Source: Octopus bimaculoides
Taxonomy: Eukaryota
Direction: 5' to 3'
NCBI RefSeq assembly: GCF_001194135.2
Contig: NC_068990.1
Coordinates: forward strand, 19,875,205-19,939,204
Length of the DNA: 64,000 nucleotides
Shown: piece by piece, positions 59,910 to 64,000 of the stretch
How the letters are laid out: each line of letters begins with the position of its first letter
Numbering within the stretch: position 1 is the first letter of the stretch
Notes under the pieces: model-generated
Told to the model about the DNA's origin: nothing
Database searches by the model: none
Seen by the model: only the letters and a program-made list of their open reading frames with translations
Program-made: the position numbers and the translations under genes

Positions 59910-60540
59910 GGGTGTTGGGAGTATGTATTTACTGGTCGGTCGACCAGAGAATATGGTGGAAAAACATTTGTTAAAGCACACATTGTGATTGAACCTGAAA
60001 CCACGAAATTACCTACACATATGCATATCTTTGGATAATGCTTGGAAATATTAATAGACCTTGTGATAAATACCTGAACGATTTCAGTTACGTCCATCTT
60101 CTTTTCAGTTATATAGCCGTCTTTGAGGACATGCGTCCATCTTAGAAATTCTCATCGGGTTATTTCAGATTCTTTTTTAACGGGTAAAATTCGTATCGCT
60201 ATTAATATTGGCAGCCGGGGTACTCTCTCTAATCTTCCATTTCTTAATTTCGATCGATATCTTAAGTGCTAGAAATATATTTGCGTAACATCCATATGCA
60301 CTATAACAGCCCGTAATAAAATGTTCGTTGTATGTTTAATGAAGAAGAAAAACTAATGGCAGAAAATATTGCCATGGCGAGAAAAATTTGAAAGCCACAT
60401 TCCAGCTGATATTTTTAAAATGTTCAGCAGACCATGATATATTTTTTATAAAATAAAATGGACAAAATATTTCAAATTTATAGTTCAGAAAGAAACAGTT
60501 ATTTTCTTGTGGAATACTAAAATATATCGATAGCCAGTTA

Positions 60541-60572
<32 letters not shown>

Positions 60573-61177
60573 TTGAGAGCATAAGAATACGCTAGCAGGT
60601 AAAATTAAATATATTAATCAAATTGAGCAAGCTCTTCACCAGAACGTCTACAACAGTAGCAAGATGAAAAAAGAAAAGAAATAGATTAAAAGCGATGAAT
60701 AAACAATATAATAATCAATATGCTAACGAACGTCTTGTTGTAGATTAGACACAAGAATAATCAATACCACAATCTATCTAGATTAGAATGGAAACCATAC
60801 TTTGATATAACTCACTTCAGTAAATCATTAAATTTGATTCGACGCAATTTAACTTGCGATGTTGGATCGAATAACACTCGTGAGTAAATTTATTCTGAAA
60901 TATAAGGTCTCTTGTCAGATTGTTTACATTTCAATTATTTAACTCTGTAAAACCTTACCTTGACAAAACAAACATTTGTGTTGTTGAGATTCGCAACCTC
61001 GATTAGATTTCTCATTGATGTTTGACAAACGTCACCAAAACCATTCTAATTAATGATTAATGAGGGGAGAAATAGACGGAATTAGTTTCATGATGCATTC
61101 AAGATAAATGGAAATACAAATATGCATGAATATGAATACATACACACATGCAAACACACATACACACATACATGCAT

Positions 61178-61226
<49 letters not shown>

Positions 61227-63887
61227 CATATATACGCACATATACATATATATGTATGTATGTATGTATATATATNNNNNNNNNNNNNNNNNNNNNNNNN
61301 NNNNNNNNNNNNNNNNNNNNNNNNNNNNNNNNNNNNNNNNNNNNNNNNNNNNNNNNNNNNNNNNNNNNNNNNNNNNNNNNNNNNNNNNNNNNNNNNNNNN
61401 NNNNNNNNNNNNNNNNNNNNNNNNNNNNNNNNNNNNNNNNNNNNNNNNNNNNNNNNNNNNNNNNNNNNNNNNNNNNNNNNNNNNNNNNNNNNNNNNNNNN
61501 NNNNNNNNNNNNNNNNNNNNNNNNNNNNNNNNNNNNNNNNNNNNNNNNNNNNNNNNNNNNNTATATATATATATATATATATATACATATATATGTGTGT
61601 GTATACGTACATACATATATATATGTATATATATATATATATATACATATATATACATACATATATATACATATATATGCATACATATACACACATCTAT
61701 TTAGATAGCGATACATAGAATGATCTGTATTGGAAAAGAAGTATATGCGGTTGCTTAGTTGTGCGTATGTACAGGTAATTATACAGATACATGCAAGAAT
61801 AAAGTAGGATCTATCTATATAATTATAGATAGATCGAAACGTGGATTATTTAAAAGATATATACATTATGGGGTATCTTAATGCATGAATTCGTGAAAGG
61901 ATGAACGAGAAGTTGAACGAACAAGTCAATGGAATTAGTATATCTAAGGATATATCTTAATTCAATGATTCATATAGTGTGATTGGAAACTTATGCAACA
62001 GCAAATAAAATTTATTGCTTAGAAACTGTGTACAGACTATATTTTTCAGTTACGTTGAACTTTGGTGAAATGTCATGAATTAGGAATAGATTAAAACATG
62101 GGAATGGGAAAGATGCGATTTTCCCATACAGTTTCAAATGTCATAAGTTTTTATCTTCAATATCTTCTTTCTTAGTTTTGCTAAGAATTATGGATAGAAT
62201 GCATTAAGAGGTATTTATGATGTTGTGATTTGAATTATTTTGTTGCATTAGTATTAGAGGATCGAAATTATGGAAAAGGCAGAAGCAATTTTTGATTAGT
62301 GTTTTTGTCATAGGTCCTCGTCTCAGTCACCTCATACAAAACCAGATGTGGTCTGAATAGCATAAGTTTTGATTGCATTCGTAGTTCTTTCAATATGTAT
62401 GAATCCAGTAACCAGTTGATTACCAGTTCGTAACTTAGGAACACTTTGATAAAATATATTGTTTATTTAGTGCACAAACATCCAAAATATAGGTGAGAAT
62501 CTCCCATATGTTATGCAGATATCGATTCTAAGAAAACATAGAATTTCTTGAAAAATGAAATACTAACAATATATACAAATGTGTGTGTGTGTTTTTAAAG
62601 AAAACATTCGTCTGTAAATGGGTTGTTTTCGTCTGCCATCTTGAGGCTGAGCTGAGGCCAAGTAACAGTATATACGGGGCCGTTTACCGCACACTTGTCT
62701 ACCTATGAAAAATCCTCCAAATGATATCCATCCCTACATCTGCGTCATTTGTAATTGAATATATTTGCTTTCTGTTTAATCTCCTGATTTATATCTCATA
62801 ACAAACTCATACATCCTGATCTGCGGCCTCTACATATGAAAACTTAAATGATTTGTGCGTATATTTGTATGGATTTATAATAGTGTATATAATTCGGTGT
62901 TCTTTACGTGCAGCTGATGTATCAATCATTTATCATATACCTCGAATAATATAATGCATTTGAAAGTTTTAAACGCCTTTAACATCATAGTGAGCCCTGT
63001 TTACAAAGATTAACAGTTCTTTAAGATAATTAGCTCCTGGCAACATTCACAGTGAACCATTACTGGGAAGGAATATTACATTTTACTTGAAATTTCTTCA
63101 CGGATTAATAATTAATTTATAGAAACGTTTCATTAATGTATTCTTTGTGACAAGTGATGAAAGGCTCTACAAAGGAAATTTATTCTGCAGATAAACGTTA
63201 CATTCACATGTTTCTCTTAGCAATCAATGGGATTTTAGAGAGAAGAAAATATTTGTAAAGGGAACTATTTTTACATTAACTTGTCTATTATAACAAAAGG
63301 GACGTTTTAGACAAAGAAAAAATGTTTAAGCAAAACACTTGTTCATTAACGTGTTCCTCAAAACACGTGACACGTAGGTTTTAATTTATTTCATTCACAT
63401 TAAAACGGATTTTTTCATGAAAGTGTCAGATGAAATTGTTCCTTGTGACGGCCATATTTGATATTGAAAGAAGAAACCTATAGAATTTTGTGGATTTCTT
63501 TGTTTTTATAGAATGAATATTTCGTGACAGCATTTGAATTGTTGCTTTTATTTAATGACGCAAATATTGCAAAACTGAAGTTATTTATTGCGTTTATTAT
63601 TTTTGTGACTCTTAAAGAAGTCATATAGGACACTATATGTTATTTATAATGTTATTCGGGCAAATAATGTTTCCTCTTTTCTAGTCAAACTAAAGTAATT
63701 AATTAACGTACGAACTACACATCAGAGACTCTGGTTCATAAGGGTACACCCAGGTTTCGTCACTACTTGGCTCAAAAGTACTCCTGTATTGGAGATAATG
63801 AGCTCAACCATCACCCTGCTGCCATATATATTTATACACCCATACACACACACACGCACACACACACACACACACACACACGCACAT

Positions 63888-63933
<46 letters not shown>

Positions 63934-64000
63934 ACTTGGGGATGGTCATATTGCCAGTTTAGCCAATAAAAACACACGCACTGTATATTTGGTGTTAATT

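Overview
This is AT-rich, repeat-dense eukaryotic DNA with 12 N-gaps, most of them flanked by dinucleotide or trinucleotide microsatellite runs. The SINE families and the microsatellite load look like a coleoid cephalopod, probably Octopus; this is inferred from recalled repeat consensus sequences, not from a search. I find no intact protein-coding gene, rRNA, true tRNA or CRISPR array, so the window looks intronic or intergenic. It is a nested graveyard of mobile elements: several tRNA-headed SINE families (my labels A-E), two mariner relics, a Tc1/maT fragment, two or three MITEs, Penelope-like (GIY-YIG) fragments, four RLE (R4/Dong-like) LINE fragments and an internally deleted L1/Tx1-like element. 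The most interesting signal is SINE family E. It combines a Pol III A/B-box head with a minimal type-I hammerhead ribozyme and a Penelope-style inverted 5' tail, and one copy sits inside a clean 12-bp target-site duplication. Other signals are an RLE LINE flanked by (CATA)n, a three-level nested insertion with recoverable boundaries, two unusual hairpin structures and possible decayed LRR coding relics.
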